A stretch of 64,000 bases of DNA. It comes from Podarcis erhardii (Eukaryota). Position numbers and translations under genes: made by a program. Shown piece after piece: positions 33,885 through 46,645 of this stretch. The notes below the pieces were generated by a model. It saw only the letters and a program-made list of their open reading frames with translations. It had not been told where the DNA came from and made no database searches. The stretch lies in assembly GCA_964252035.1 (NCBI GenBank), contig OZ176203.1, one strand, 5' to 3'. The first letter of the stretch is position 1; the number at the start of each line of letters is the position of its first letter.

Positions 33885-35398
33885 TTTACACCTATTAAAA
33901 ATTGTTCTTAAATGCTACCCTTTTGACATAACTGTTGTGCCTCTTTTGTGAGGTCATCCACTGGTTGCACAAACTTTAACAATGAAACACCAACACTCTT
34001 AATAAACCTTTTGTTCCCACATGTACTTCAAGTTTACACCCTCCAGATTGCTTTCTTCCAACTGAGAATGCAGAGTTTTCCCCAAAGTTTTTCACAGTGA
34101 TTCCAGCTGTGAAAGTTCATGGGAGATTTGCTCTCGCTTTGGCTCCTTTTCAGAAGTTGCTATGTAGCTCACTCCTTCACATGTTTATTCAAAAGCAATT
34201 ACCACTAAAGTTGATAAGACTTGCTCCAACTAAATAAGTCTGCATAGGGCATGGATTTGAGAAAAATAACAATGGGCTTATTATTTCGAATTAGGAGATC
34301 AAACTATAAATCGGTAATAGAAGAGTTATTTTCAAAACCCTAAAACGGGTGTTTCCAATCTTTTGGATTTATCTTCGCAAGCATTGCCATTTCCATTTTT
34401 AGAAGGCTAGGAAGTCATGGGAAAAATCCTCCCCCTTCCAGCAATGGAATGAATCAATATATCAGATTTCAGAAGGATGCCCTCCAGTTTGTGCACAGCA
34501 GTTTAAAGTTACAGCTGTCTTTTCATGGCTGACTTTTTAAACAGTTGTTTTGCACACTCCACAATACAATCCTGTACATGTCTATTCAGAAGGCATGCCC
34601 ATTAAGTTCAGTGGGGATTACTCCCAGATGAGGATTGTGGCCTAACTCACAGAAATACAAAAGGTGTTGTGGGCTTTGAAGACGCTCGAACTCAGGACAA
34701 AAGGGAGTAACGTGCTAAGAGGAAGGCATGCTTGGCAAACCCTCACCGTGATCAACTCCTGCCCAGAACTCCTGCCCACTGTGGAAGGATGTGTGGATCC
34801 AGAATTGGCCTCCACAGTCACTTACACTGTCACTGCTAAAAACATGTTTTGGAAAACAATCTTACTCGGCTACAAGTGATCACCAAAGAAGAAGAAGTAT
34901 GCATTTGTGTGTGCTTTGCCTGTGTGGAAGTATGAAGAATAAAACTGTGAGAATCTATTAGGTATTGTTAAATTTATTAACAACACATTCAAGTTCAATA
35001 TAAAGCAAGCTCTCATTGGCTTTTCTGGGGGGGAAACCTTCTTGGATTTCTAAGTTCATTATTGCTTTTAAATGTGGAAAATATTTGATAAGTGTCAAAG
35101 GAAACGCTGATGAGTACTGTAATTGTGTGGGGCTGGGCATTAAAAGTGCAGGTCCTTATAAAGTTAAAATCTCTGGGGATTTTAGCTTTGTATTTTTATT
35201 TTTTATCTGCTTGGTTGAACTTTTTTTGGTTATCTGTCATGGAAATATTGAGAGCTTTTTGGATTATGTTGGCAATGAATGTGGGAAATGTAGATTCAGC
35301 AAGTCCATTGAACAAACAAACAGACCCTTATTGCCTCAAATCTAATTGTGAAACATAATAGCTAGTTTAGAAGAGGGAAACATTTTGTCCAGCTCCAG

Positions 35399-35539
35399 CA
35401 TGGGACTGGGGAACTTTTGGCCCTCCAGATGTTGCTAGACTACAGCTCCCAACTTTCCTGACCAATGGCCCTTCCTGGTTGGAGTTGGTGGGACTTGGAG
35501 TCCACCAACATCTGGAGGGCCACAGGTTCTCCAGCTATG
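35399..35539. mobile_element. Short palindromic hAT-type MITE
   Basis: ggccctccagatgttg ... caacatctggagggcc inverted pair. Confidence 0.7.
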
Positions 35540-36319
35540 CTCTAGCAGCATCATGCCCATCCTTCTTGGGTGGGTTTCACCTCAGATCGTATAAATCTTT
35601 CGCCTTTTACAAAACTTTTCCACTTCCATGAAACTGGGTGCTCTTATCTCTGCTATTATGGATTCCCTGACTGGAAGGACAGTAACCAAATCCAGCCACC
35701 TTCTTTGGTTCCTCTGTTAACAACCACATTTGATTACCAGGCAGGGCTGGATGTAGACCACAGACAGAGAACCTCAGGCCTCTCTAAATGGCCTTCTAGA
35801 TTCTTCTCAAGGCACACACCGTCCTGAGCCACATCCCTCACCCTCCTTTGCACTCTCCTTCAGTGTTTTTGGCTGGCTGGAATATGTCTGTGAATTCGGG
35901 TAATGCTCCCTCCATGTCTGGATGGAAGACAAAGAAGGGTTTGTGAGTGAGTAGAAACTTGTCCACTGCATGAGGGTAAAATTCATATTTGTTTATCAGC
36001 CCTTTTGCCTCTGGCCTCACCTGCCATTGGATGTGGCCCCTGGAACATTGGCTAGAGGAGATGAGGAACATTGGCTGAAAAGGTTCCCACCCTGATGCAC
36101 TTCACGCAAACTTCCACAAAATGCCACATTATCAAGCCAACTACCACATCTACTGCCACCTCTCACTTCTCCTGTCCAACCAAGGACCTCTGCATTGGTC
36201 TGGGGTGGGATTAAAATGGAGGAATAGCAGTGGAGACAGTGACTAGTGCTTCAGTTCTCCAGCAGGGAATGCCATCTCACCTGGAGCCGTAAGTACAGAC
36301 ATAGAGTCTCCCTTCAAAT

Positions 36320-36466
36320 GCTGTAGTGTAATGGATCAGTGTGTCTGGCTGTTAACCAGAAGGTTGGTGGTTTGAGACCACCCAGGGATGGCTGTGGGCA
36401 AGATTCCTGCATTGCAGGGGGTTGCACTAAATGACTCCCAGGGTCCCTTCCAATTTTATGATTTTG
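36320..36466 (+). mobile_element. tRNA-derived SINE with CR1-like tail
   Basis: gctgtagtgtaatgg...ctgttaaccagaagg head; attcctgcattgcagggggttg...gggtcccttccaa tail. Confidence 0.6.
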
Positions 36467-36615
36467 TAAGGCTACACACGAGTGTGGTGGCATGACCCCT
36501 GCGCAGATTGGTACTGAAGGCGGTGAAAGACCCATGTGGTCCCACCTCAGGCATTGCTTCAGAGTATGGAGGGGGGCATTTGAACCTCCATCTAACATAC
36601 CTTGCAAGGTTATTA

Positions 36616-36980
36616 CCGTATTGGCCCGAATATAAGCCCCACCTTTAAAATTGGAGAGGGGGGGGGGGAGAAAAAAAGAAAAAATACCCAAATATATGCC
36701 ACTCCATTCCTTGCTGCTCCTGGCTGTATACTGGGCGGGGGGGGGGGGGGAGCCACACTGCGTTGCTGGCGGCCTTTCCCCTTCCTCGCTCTCTCCCTTT
36801 CTGGTCTTGGGGGAGAGGATGGGGGACTACGCATGGGGCGGGTGCTGCTTTGCCACACTCCTGGCGCTGTTTGCCCAGCGCTCTGGCTGCATACTGTAAG
36901 GTTGAGAATATAAGCTGCACTTTAACTTTTCACGGTAGGAATTTTGGGGGAAAGTGAGGCTTATATTCAGGCTAATATGG
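36616..36980. mobile_element. Tc1/pogo-type MITE
   Basis: TIRs ccgtattggcccgaatataagcc / ggcttatattcaggctaatatgg; TA flanks. Confidence 0.8.
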
Positions 36981-37440
36981 TATGTGGCTAAGAGGAGGGG
37001 AGGACCATGTAGGTCACACTGAAGTCCTTGGAAGTTATTAAGCGTAATACAAAGAAATACTAATGCAATAAAAATAAAGTGGCAATGTGTGCAGGATTCT
37101 GCCTTCTGGGTCTCTTAATATGTGCTTCAGAAAGTAGATCTAGTAATTATGGGCAATTGGTGGCATCTCAAAACCTGAGAGCAGGGTAGGCAATCAGCTG
37201 AAATGAAGCAACAACTGACATGCTAAACACACATAGAGGAACACACATAGTAACACACATAGAGGAACAGGGTGGTTGGTGAATTGAACAGTGTCTCTTT
37301 TTTGGGTGTTTTTCTTAAAAAAAATAGGTTTGTCATAAATTTCTTCTAACCAGATCAGTGCTACTGCCTGATCTACAGCCATCTAGTGGTCCCCAGTATT
37401 AAGAAGCAAGAAGCAAACGATTTTGCACGGTGAAAAATTT

Positions 37441-37569
37441 GAAATTTGTAGATGGCCCCAAATTGGGAGGGGTAGCTCATGCTGCAGAAGCCAGAATCGG
37501 GATTCAAGATGACCTGAATGAATTGAAGAACTGGGCCAAAGCTAACAAAATGAATTTCAGCAGGGACAA
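37441..37569 (+). mobile_element. Degenerate CR1 RT fragment
   Basis: FVDGPKLGGVA...IQDDLNELKNWAKANKMNF resembles the CR1 FADDTKL region; followed by an AT-rich L1-like 3' tail to about 37840. Confidence 0.7.
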
Positions 37570-40500
37570 TTCAAGTGACATTGCTTGTAGGGTTAAAAGA
37601 AGTTTTGTAAGGAGTAATTTATAAATTATTGTGAAGAGAATTAGTTGTACTGGAAATCCGAGTTTATAGCAATAACTATAGTAACAAAATGCATAATTAG
37701 AAAGACTTTAGAAAACCATCAGTCGAGGTTGAAGGAAGACTCAGGCTGTGATAGCCAAAAGTTTTGAAATGATGTTTAAAAGGATGTTATGCTGAAAAAT
37801 ATGTGTAAAAACTAATAAAAATTATTTATATAAAATAAATTGAATTTCAGTGGGGAGAAAAGTAAGTCTTATGCACACACTGCCCAGGAACGGAACCCCT
37901 GCACAAAAGGTTTGCCACCTGTATGTATGTTACATAAATTATGCAGTTTCACCACCACAGATAGCAAGACCAATAAAGTAGGGTTGCGTTTGTTTGTTTT
38001 TTGCAGCATACAAACTGCAGTAGTACGAAAGGAGCACTGCCTGCAGCAAATGCACAGAATGGAAAACGATGCCTCCTTGCATCCCTAATTGGCAGCCACT
38101 CCTGGTGTTGGCTAACCCCCCCCCCCAACATGCTCTATTGGAAAGTACTATTTTACAACATAATGTAATTCTAGGGTGCATTGTGGGGTGGGGAGAAGCT
38201 GGTGGTGAGGACTCTGCTGTCACGAACACTATATTTTTGCCACAGCGCTAGCAAACCAATGTTTTAAATGAAATGGGGGGAGCTGCTTCTGGTAGCCTGC
38301 CACTGTCCCACCCCAAAAAATAATTTTTGGGGCAGTCTCCCCCGCCCAACCCCCCCCCCCCGATTTTTCATTAAAGAACCTAATTTAATCACCTTATGTT
38401 GCAGTGGAAAACTGTATTTATCTGGGGATTCCCCACCTAACAAATGTTGGGTGCATTGCTAATACTTCAGGCTGGTCCTAAAGGCAAAACAGTGGAATTT
38501 TCAGAAACCGGCAATATTTTCCCTTAACTATTCCATGGCCACTGCTGCTAAGTAATGCTACTAGCAGCGTACAAGAAGGAAAGGAGACAACAGCCACACA
38601 TGAAAACCTTCACCACCATCATCAAGATAAAAATTCTCTGCCTCAAAAGCACCACCAAAACACCAACAATATGTTCCTTGGGGGTGAAATCGTCTATAAA
38701 AATAAGCCTGCTTACTCACAGGTGGTTTGCAAAGACTCATTTAAGCCACCTTTTGGTTTCAGATGATACCACAGTTTGTGTGTCCTTTTTTTCTTTTTAA
38801 CTCAGGAAGATTCTGAAAGTTAATCTCTGTAGAAAAGATTGATTAGGTCAACTTAGCAAAGTGTCTGCATCTATCTATCATCTATCTATAAATGTTAAAG
38901 CAGGCATGTCCAAAGTCTGTTTCGGGGGCCTAATCCGGCATGCCGGTTGGTTTAATCCGGCCCCTGTGGCAGATTATTTCCTGGGGTAAAATCCTAAAGA
39001 AACCTCAACAAGTTCAATCAAAAAAAAAAAAAAAAAAAAAGCTGTGTTAAAGGAATTTGTTTCTTTCAGGACTTCAATCATTGTTTTATTTGCCAGATTC
39101 AAGGGAATTTTAAAAATGAAATATGCAGGTGCCTCTGATTAACTGAATAGCAGATATGTACATTTTTAAAATACAAGTGCCTATAAAAAGGACAGATTGG
39201 AAGCTGTCATTAAAAGAGGCACTCACCCTTTCTTGACACACACAAGGAATTCCTCTTCTTCTAAAATTATTTGGCCTGCAACACCACATGCATGCATCAA
39301 CATTTCAAAACAAAGAATCCTTTTTGATGCTCCAGAAATATTGTCTTGACCCACATACTGATGGCTGCGAAATGAATTAATAGACTACAACTCCATGCAC
39401 ACATGCAAATTTAGATGAATTAAGTAAAATTCCAAGCATTTAATACCTACATCTCCATCCCACTCTTTAATCCTAACTGGCAATGAGTCATCATTTGGGG
39501 GGGGGGTAGCAATTAAAAATAAGCAATTCATGTTCACATACATAAATATATATCTTTTTTTTTCAGTCTCAAGAAGTAACAATTCATCAATAAATTAAAA
39601 GCAAAACAAAATACGAAACTAGAATAAAAAATACAATGAAAATAGAAAATGTAGATGTTCTAAACCAAAGCCAGGCAAGATTCCAAGCTCCTTAAAAAGC
39701 ATCTAAAATCATTATTACAACACACGGGCTTGTGGAGGTGGGGCGGGGCTTATGCCTTACCTGTGGCACATAAATCATGAAGTGAAATAATACACCTACA
39801 GTTAAGTTTGTGAAGAAAGAACAAGAGAGGTGTGGTGTCTACAGGGGAGTTCACTCAAACACCCTCATGTGTTGCAAAAATTAATGGGCGGGTTGTACCG
39901 CAAGCTCTTCCCCAATTACTAACATGCATTCCCCACATCCCACATAGACATAGATTTAGGAGCTTTTTGAAGGCTGCTTAGTGACATGCCAATGTTCTGT
40001 GTACTGCTCCTTCATGTACAGGGGATGCTGGGCCAATCAGAATCTGCCCTTGCATGGAGGACTTCTAAGAGTCTACATCTGTACATGGCTTTGTGTCAAC
40101 ACCAGAGAGCAAGACTACACAGCTAGGAAACCATGAGCTCAGTGGGTGACCTGGGGTCAGTCATTATCCCTCAACTGAACCTACCTCCTGATCTCCTTGG
40201 AGAAAGATACCGAAAAGCAATTAATCAGTAAATGGGTAAATAAATAAATATTTAGCTGAATCCTACACACTTAACATTTGGAAGCAACAGTTTATGACCT
40301 ACTGGCAGCCAGGAAGTGTCATTTTAAAAGTTGGACCGGAATCACCAAATCTAACCAACTGTTGTCCTCTTCAGCATAGATATGATAGTTTGTTAAGTGC
40401 TTCGGATAATTGTTTCTTTTGGATCAAATGCAAAACTTCACTCAGTCATTATTCTTAATCTACCCCAGACCTTCAATTTTGGATTGGTAAAGCATGAGAA

Positions 40501-40664
40501 TCATCCCTGTGTTTTTTAAAAAAGGGGACTCACTGATATTTTGTCATTCTATCTGATGTTTACCTGTCAACTCATCCATTACCCTATGCCTTTGAGGTAA
40601 CTCCAAGTTCCAATGCCGGCAGCCAGTGACTAACTGGTGGGGCATGGCTGACCTTTTAGACATC

Positions 40665-40830
40665 NNNNNNNNNNNNNNNNNNNNNNNNNNNNNNNNNNNN
40701 NNNNNNNNNNNNNNNNNNNNNNNNNNNNNNNNNNNNNNNNNNNNNNNNNNNNNNNNNNNNNNNNNNNNNNNNNNNNNNNNNNNNNNNNNNNNNNNNNNNN
40801 NNNNNNNNNNNNNNNNNNNNNNNNNNNNNN
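40665..40830. other. Assembly gap (166 N)
   Basis: Seen directly. Confidence 1.
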
Positions 40831-41666
40831 CCACAAGGGCCATCGAGTCCAACCCCCTGCCAAGCAGGAAACACCATCAGAGCACTCCTGACATATGGTT
40901 GTCAAGCCTCTGCTTAAAGACCTCCAAAGAAGGAGACTCCACCACACTCCTTGGCAGCAAATTCCACTGTCGAACAGCTCTTACTGTCAGGAAGTTCTTC
41001 CTAATGTTTAGGTGGAATCTTCTTTCTTGTAGTTTGGAACCATTGCTCCGTGTCCGCTTCTCTGGAGCAGCAGAAAACAACCTTTCTCCCTCCTCTATGT
41101 GACATCCTTTTATATATTTGAACATGGCTATCATATCACCCCTTAACCTCCTCTTCTCCAGGCTAAACATGCCCAGCTCCCTTAGCCGTTCCTCATAAGG
41201 CATCGTTTCCAGGCCTTTGACCATTTTGGTTGCCCTCTTCTGGACACGTTCCAGTTTGTCAGTGTCCTTCTTGAACTGTGGTACCCAGAACTGGACACAG
41301 TACTCCAGGTGAGGTCTGACCAGAGCAGAATACAGTGGCACTATTACTTCTCTTGATCTAGATGCAGTCCAGAATTGCATTGGCTTTTTTAGCTGCCGCG
41401 TCACACTGTTGGCTCATGTCAAGTTTGTGGTCAACCAAGACTCCTAGATCCTTTTCACATGTACTGCTCTCAAGTCAGGTGTCACCCATCTTGTATTTGT
41501 GCCTCTCATTATTTTTTTTTGCCCAAGTGCAATACTTTACATTTCTCCCTGTTAAAATTCATCTTGTTTGTTTTGGCCCAGTTCTCTAATCTGTCAAGGT
41601 CGTTTTGAAGTGTGATCCTGTCCTCTGGGGTGTTAGCCACCCCTCCCAGTTTGGTGTCATCTGCAA
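40831..41666 (-). mobile_element. CR1 LINE 3' portion
   Basis: FADDTKLGG...; [18 protein letters not shown]...[11 protein letters not shown]...[11 protein letters not shown]; runs into the gap. Confidence 0.95.
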
Positions 41667-42496
41667 ATATATATATATTCTTCCCCCAGGAGGAAGCCAC
41701 CATCACAATCATACACTGCCTTATCATTTTTCATTTTTTTCCACCCAAAATTATATCTGATCTGAGCTGCATGCACTTTCACATCCTTTCATCAACGTCA
41801 TGAACCCATTCTTATCTATACACAGCACTCTTTCCTCTGCAGTCAGTGTGCTTGGTGGCGAGATGCTAAAGCGCTTCCTGTTTTTCTCACATATTGTGTC
41901 TTTCATATCAAAAGGGGAGCAACGTGTTCATTAAGCCAATACTTTCAATCCTTGGGTTCTTCTACTTTCTGAGAGACACTGTGGGCACTTTTAGCTGAAA
42001 GAGTTCTGAAATGATTTCTTGAGTTTTCCTTTTTCATCCCTCTATTGACAGTATGTCAAAGCAGAGTTTCAGGTACTGGCATCCTTCTGCTTCAGTAATC
42101 TGCCAGAGATTAGGCAGGTGGCAACTGGGTACTGGATCTTTTCAAGGGGAATGTCCTTCCCAGAGTCCCCCTTTGTGCTTTAGCTAAGCACCCTTTTATT
42201 TTCCCCTGCTTGACTTTTGCTGCTGGTTTTATGATCCCACTTCTTGATTTCATTCAGCTTTCTTATTACTGATGGTTGCTTCCTTGGGCTTTATAGAGAT
42301 AGGTTGTGTTGGACATTGGCTGGCTGAATGAAGAAGCACAGAGGGCTCCTCTTGGAAAGTGAAGCCTACTGCAATTCTCTTTTCTACACAAACTGTTAAA
42401 GGTGCAGGAGCCCTGCCATCTCCTTCATATGGCCACTCTACGTGGACATTGGATCAAACAGGCAGGAGATGCCATTATTAAATAAACAAAGAGAAG

Positions 42497-42704
42497 ATAA
42501 GAAGGTTCCTGCTGGTTCAGATCAAAGGCCAAGTCTAGAATCCTAGTTTGCCACAGTGGCCAATAAGAGGTCCCTGGAGATGTCTACAAGCTTGATATGT
42601 ATATGAGTGCTATCCTGTGTGAAAGGAACACATATAGCCACTGTGAACATTTGATAGCCCTAACCTCCATGAATTTCCTCACCCCACCACCTTTTAAGCC
42701 AGTT
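42497..42704 (-). mobile_element. Old CR1-like 3' fragment
   Basis: ataagaagg...ctgctggttcagatcaaaggcc...cacagtggccaa pattern; degenerate. Confidence 0.5.
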
Positions 42705-43281
42705 TGTGGACTATGCTGGCAGCCATTTCAGCATCTGCAGCGACAGGGAGCAGCAATCATTTATCTATCAACCATAATTTATTGTACACATCTAGTTCTT
42801 TTCCAGTTCATTCCTAGTGGAGATAATTACTATAATCTATACAGTAATTGGTTCATTTAGCCTCAAAATTCTTTTGCTTAATATTATGACTTGGGATATC
42901 CCTAGTTGAGGATGAGATCCATGAAATACATGATTAAAGTTCTGCTAATTTGGCTTTCAGTCAGTAGAAAATGTATACATTCATTCTATTCACTGAGCAC
43001 ACTTCCAGATGACCAGATTATTGGGCATTCGTCCCAAGTTGTTGGCAGGGAGATTAGACTACACTGGCTATTGAATGACCATTTATTCTCATTTGCAATG
43101 AAGTTTGATGACGTTGTGTCAAAGGACACGTTCCAATGAATTTTCCTGTCACTTCCCTTATTGCAAAAAGTCCAGTCTTTTGGGGAAGAGAGTTTGTTCT
43201 GCAAAAGCTACAAATCATTTTAACTGCATGACCTGAATTTGTAGGCATGTGGTTGAATCCCACCTGAAAAGTGCTCTGAGA

Positions 43282-43505
43282 GGGCATGTCCACACTTCCG
43301 CCTACCCCATGCCTAGAAAGCTTCTCCTGGCATGAGTCCAAGCAGTTTTGTCTTTGTTCTGCCATTTTCCCCTGGAAAACCTGCTCTTTAGCGCTAATTC
43401 AGAACAAACATCAATCCAGAGAAAACCTTATTGCTTTGATTCATTGGTAAAGATTGTGTTTTACTGGGGGAAAGCAGCGGGGGAAATGCAAGTCTGGATG
43501 GGCCC
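43282..43505. mobile_element. PIF/Harbinger-like MITE
   Basis: Imperfect TIRs gggcatgtccacactt / aagtctggatgggccc. Confidence 0.5.
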
Positions 43506-43987
43506 CTTATCTCCTGCAGTCTTTTAGTAAACTGGAAGTGCAAACAAAAGTTGACAGTTTCTCAGAATATATTTTCTTTTCTTTTTGTTGTAGTATTCCT
43601 AAGCTTTCACCATCCAATTCTATGGAAAGCTAGGTAGTGATCGGGATTTGCTTACAGGATTTGTCTCTCTTTGCTGAAGGGATTTAGTAATAAACAGCTA
43701 GGCTGCTTATGCAACCAACTGTAATGTGGTTTGATTAGATCAAGATTTCTGGAAACTAGGACTTGCAGAGCAGCTTATGAAAACAGAATAGATAACATCA
43801 GCAAGAGAGTCATTTTAACAACCCCAAAATAATAAATAGCATCAATGAATGAACACATGCTCCTAGTGGAAATAGATGGTGCGATACCCATGCACTAAGC
43901 AATTATCAGAGTGAAGCTGATGAGAAAGCTTGCAGAGTCACAGTGGAAGAAGCTATATGATGCTAAACAATGAACGGTTGTCCACAA

Positions 43988-44305
43988 TTAGTGATTCAGC
44001 CCAATGGCAGCATATTCTGTAAATTCCGTCTCAGCAGAATGCTCATGTCTCTGAACAGGTTCCTCATAGCTCAGTGTTGCATAAATAAGGGCTTCCTTCT
44101 TTTGAGGTAAGAGTTGCTGGGTATTGGAGACACATTCATCACATGTAGGCTTGGGTGGTGCACTGATGGCATTCCAGCAGTTGCATTGGTTGCCGTAGAT
44201 GGGATCATCATTTGGAAATTGCAGCACATAAGGCTCAGCAGCTTGATGAAATGCAGGTATCATATGGGAGGCATTGCTGCACTGGGCATCTGCATTGCTA
44301 TTAAG
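43988..44305 (-). CDS. BTLA: BTLA exon 5 (cytoplasmic tail)
   Basis: Acceptor cttgtttcccccacag|, phase 0; contains IYGN, ITIM LIYATL and ITSM TEYAAI, ends GLNH*. Confidence 0.93.
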   Translation of the reverse strand, partial: LNSNADAQCSNASHMIPAFHQAAEPYVLQFPNDDPIYGNQCNCWNAISAPPKPTCDECVSNTQQLLPQKKEALIYATLSYEEPVQRHEHSAETEFTEYAAIGLNH

Positions 44306-44454
44306 CTGTGGGGGAAACAAGAGTACAATAGATTCATGAGAGAGTGCAGTATCTTAATCACATATCTAGCTAGGGGCAAAGAAAACAACCATGTCAGACA
44401 TGGACAGCTCAAACATCAAGGAAGATGTCGCTTTTCAAGCCTTCATTAAAACCA

Positions 44455-44590
44455 CAGGTTTTCCCCATCCCTGACCCTCTAGACCTTGTTGGGCTACAAC
44501 TCCCATCATCCCTGAGCATTGGCCATGTCTGCTGGGGCTGATGGGAGTTGGAGTCCAACAACATTAGCAGGGTAGCAGGTTGGAGAAGCC
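44455..44590. mobile_element. Short palindromic hAT-type MITE
   Basis: caactcccatcatccc ... gctgatgggagttg symmetry. Ends approximate. Confidence 0.6.
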
Positions 44591-45314
44591 TTTTTACATT
44601 TTAATACCCAGGATAACATCCAAGGCACCTGGATTAAAAGAAGTGCAGTTGACACTCATCAGATTATGTATTGTTTTGATGTGAAGTTAGACACAGATGA
44701 GACATGGCACTATTCATGTCTTTAGTACTTGCTAAAAAATCAAATGGTTGATTTTTTAAAAAATAGTGTGGTAGTGATCAGGGTGAACTAGACTGGGATT
44801 GCATGTGGAAGAGGAATGTTAGTCCTGTGTCCCAAACATAGTCCTGTTCCCAATGCAGTGGCAGGAAAATTCCAATTGGGAGTCTGTGCTCCCAAAAGAA
44901 AGATCAGCCATGTAAAGGCTAAAGTCATGAATAATGACATGATGCCTCATTTGGACCTCTTCTAAGTCTAGAAAAAGCTGAACTTTGGAGCAAATAACCA
45001 GCTTTGGACAAAACTAAGAACATTTGCCCATATTTCTACCTCCCTTCTTCCCTCTGTTGTTTCACGCTATCTGGTTAAGGTTGTTGGCAACTTGGGAGGC
45101 AGAATTTGTCCATGTAGTTCAGTAAGGTGCAATGTCACTGATGGCTAGGATTTAAAACACAACTAAACACCACTTCAGTTGAAGGCTGAGCTTTCTTCCT
45201 GTGTTCATTAATGAAAATTGCTTCCTTTAAGTGGGAAAGTCCATGAGGTGAAGGTTTTTATATGTATCTTGAAGGGGTTGGAACATAACACATTAGCCCT
45301 CTCCAGGAATTCAA

Positions 45315-45479
45315 GCTGTAGCTCCATGGTAGAACATCTGCTTTGCCCATAGAAGATTCCAGCTTCAATTCTTGACATCTCCAGGTAGGACTTGGGAAGA
45401 ATCCTGCCCAAAATCCTGGAGAGCTGTTGCCACTCAGTGCAGACAATACTGAGCTCAATGGACCAATGGTTTGACTCAC
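45315..45479 (+). mobile_element. tRNA-Ala-type SINE (Squam2-like)
   Basis: gctgtagctccatggtagaacatctgctttg...catctccaggtagg...ctggagagctg...gacaatactgagct. Confidence 0.7.
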
Positions 45480-45816
45480 GGGGATTGTAGGGATGAGCAC
45501 CCTAGCTGCACCCCTTGTCATTATTCTCACCTCGTGGTGGTGTCCATGTGAATCAAGGAGCCTCCAGTACTTGTGGGGCTCTCTGTGCATTTTAGAACCA
45601 AGATTTTCCATGGGTCCAGGAGGCTTGACACAGTCAACCTGCAACTCATGGAGGGAGGTGGGTGATGATTAGGGAGGTAGGGGAAAGCTAGCACACACTT
45701 CTCCGTGGCCTCAGCTCATGTGATTACTGTACACAGGGACAGAATGCCTGAAAGGGGCTTATGGGCATTTAAGTACTCGGAAATTCAATACCAGGCTCAT
45801 CAGTGAAGAAACCTAC

Positions 45817-45863
45817 CACATTCATTTCAGTTTGTGAGATTGATGGGCCTTTATTGCTGTTCA
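45817..45863 (-). CDS. BTLA: BTLA exon 4
   Basis: tttttcttttcctttccag| 47 nt |gtaggt, phase 1 to 0; VNSNKGPSISQTEMNV. Same size as I recall for human exon 4. Confidence 0.88.
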
Positions 45864-46483
45864 CTGGAAAGGAAAAGAAAAACACCAGCTATTGATGGAA
45901 CAACATTTGGATAGTTCGTCACATTCATTGTACAAAAACAAGAACGCAGCTTGTGAAAAAGCCCTGTCTCATAAAAAGGGGATCAAGGAAATCCTTACCA
46001 AATTTATGGATAGGCCAAAACGGCTATGCTGTTATAATGAAAGTCAGGCAATAAATATTTAAAATAAGTAGCTTTTATCCAAGACTATGAGTTTTGGAAG
46101 ATAGTCATGGAAGCGGTCCTAAGACACTTATTTTTTATCCTGAGGTAGAACAGAAATGGGGTTGGCACCACTCCCCACCCCCACCCCGGTCAAGGCACAT
46201 AGTGGTTCCCAAGATTGGTCAACTTATTTTGACCCATAAGGCAGAACCCCCCCACACACAAACACCTTGCCCCAAGAATAAAATATAATCATAATAAATT
46301 TTGAAGTAGCCATTTGCTGCAGTTCTGTAACACTCAAACTCAACTGCCTCACTCTGCCTGTGGGTAGGTTCAGCCCTGGTAATATGAGAAATGAAAAGAT
46401 ATTTGAGTAGCAGAAGTGAGACAGCTGAATATCTCTGCCCAGGGAAAAGAGGGGGAAACTAGAGAGATCTTGAGAGAATTCAC

Positions 46484-46645
46484 CTTTATGCTTCCTTATG
46501 CAGCACAGCAGGCCCAAGCAGCTCAAAATGAAGAGGCACAGCGGTCCCAGGAATGACAGGAAATAAATAATCAGCTTCATGTCCTTTCCAACTGCTTCAT
46601 TATCTTCTGCAGTAGCATTTTCAGATTCTGTTATTTTATTGTGAT
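46484..46645 (-). CDS. BTLA: BTLA exon 3 (stalk + TM); acceptor position uncertain
   Basis: DHNKITESENATAEDNEAVGKDMKLIIYFLSFLGPLCLFILSCLGLLCCIRKHK; donor g|gtgaat. Alternative in-frame AGs lie up to about 40 nt upstream. Confidence 0.85.

Noticed and set aside
40544-41102. ORFs spanning N runs (also 52153-52678)
   Set aside because: Artefacts of assembly gaps.
45531-45580. Alternative 50-nt BTLA exon 4 candidate (EPHKYWRLLDSHGHHHE)
   Set aside because: Poor acceptor; 45817-45863 has strong sites, correct phases and the expected size.
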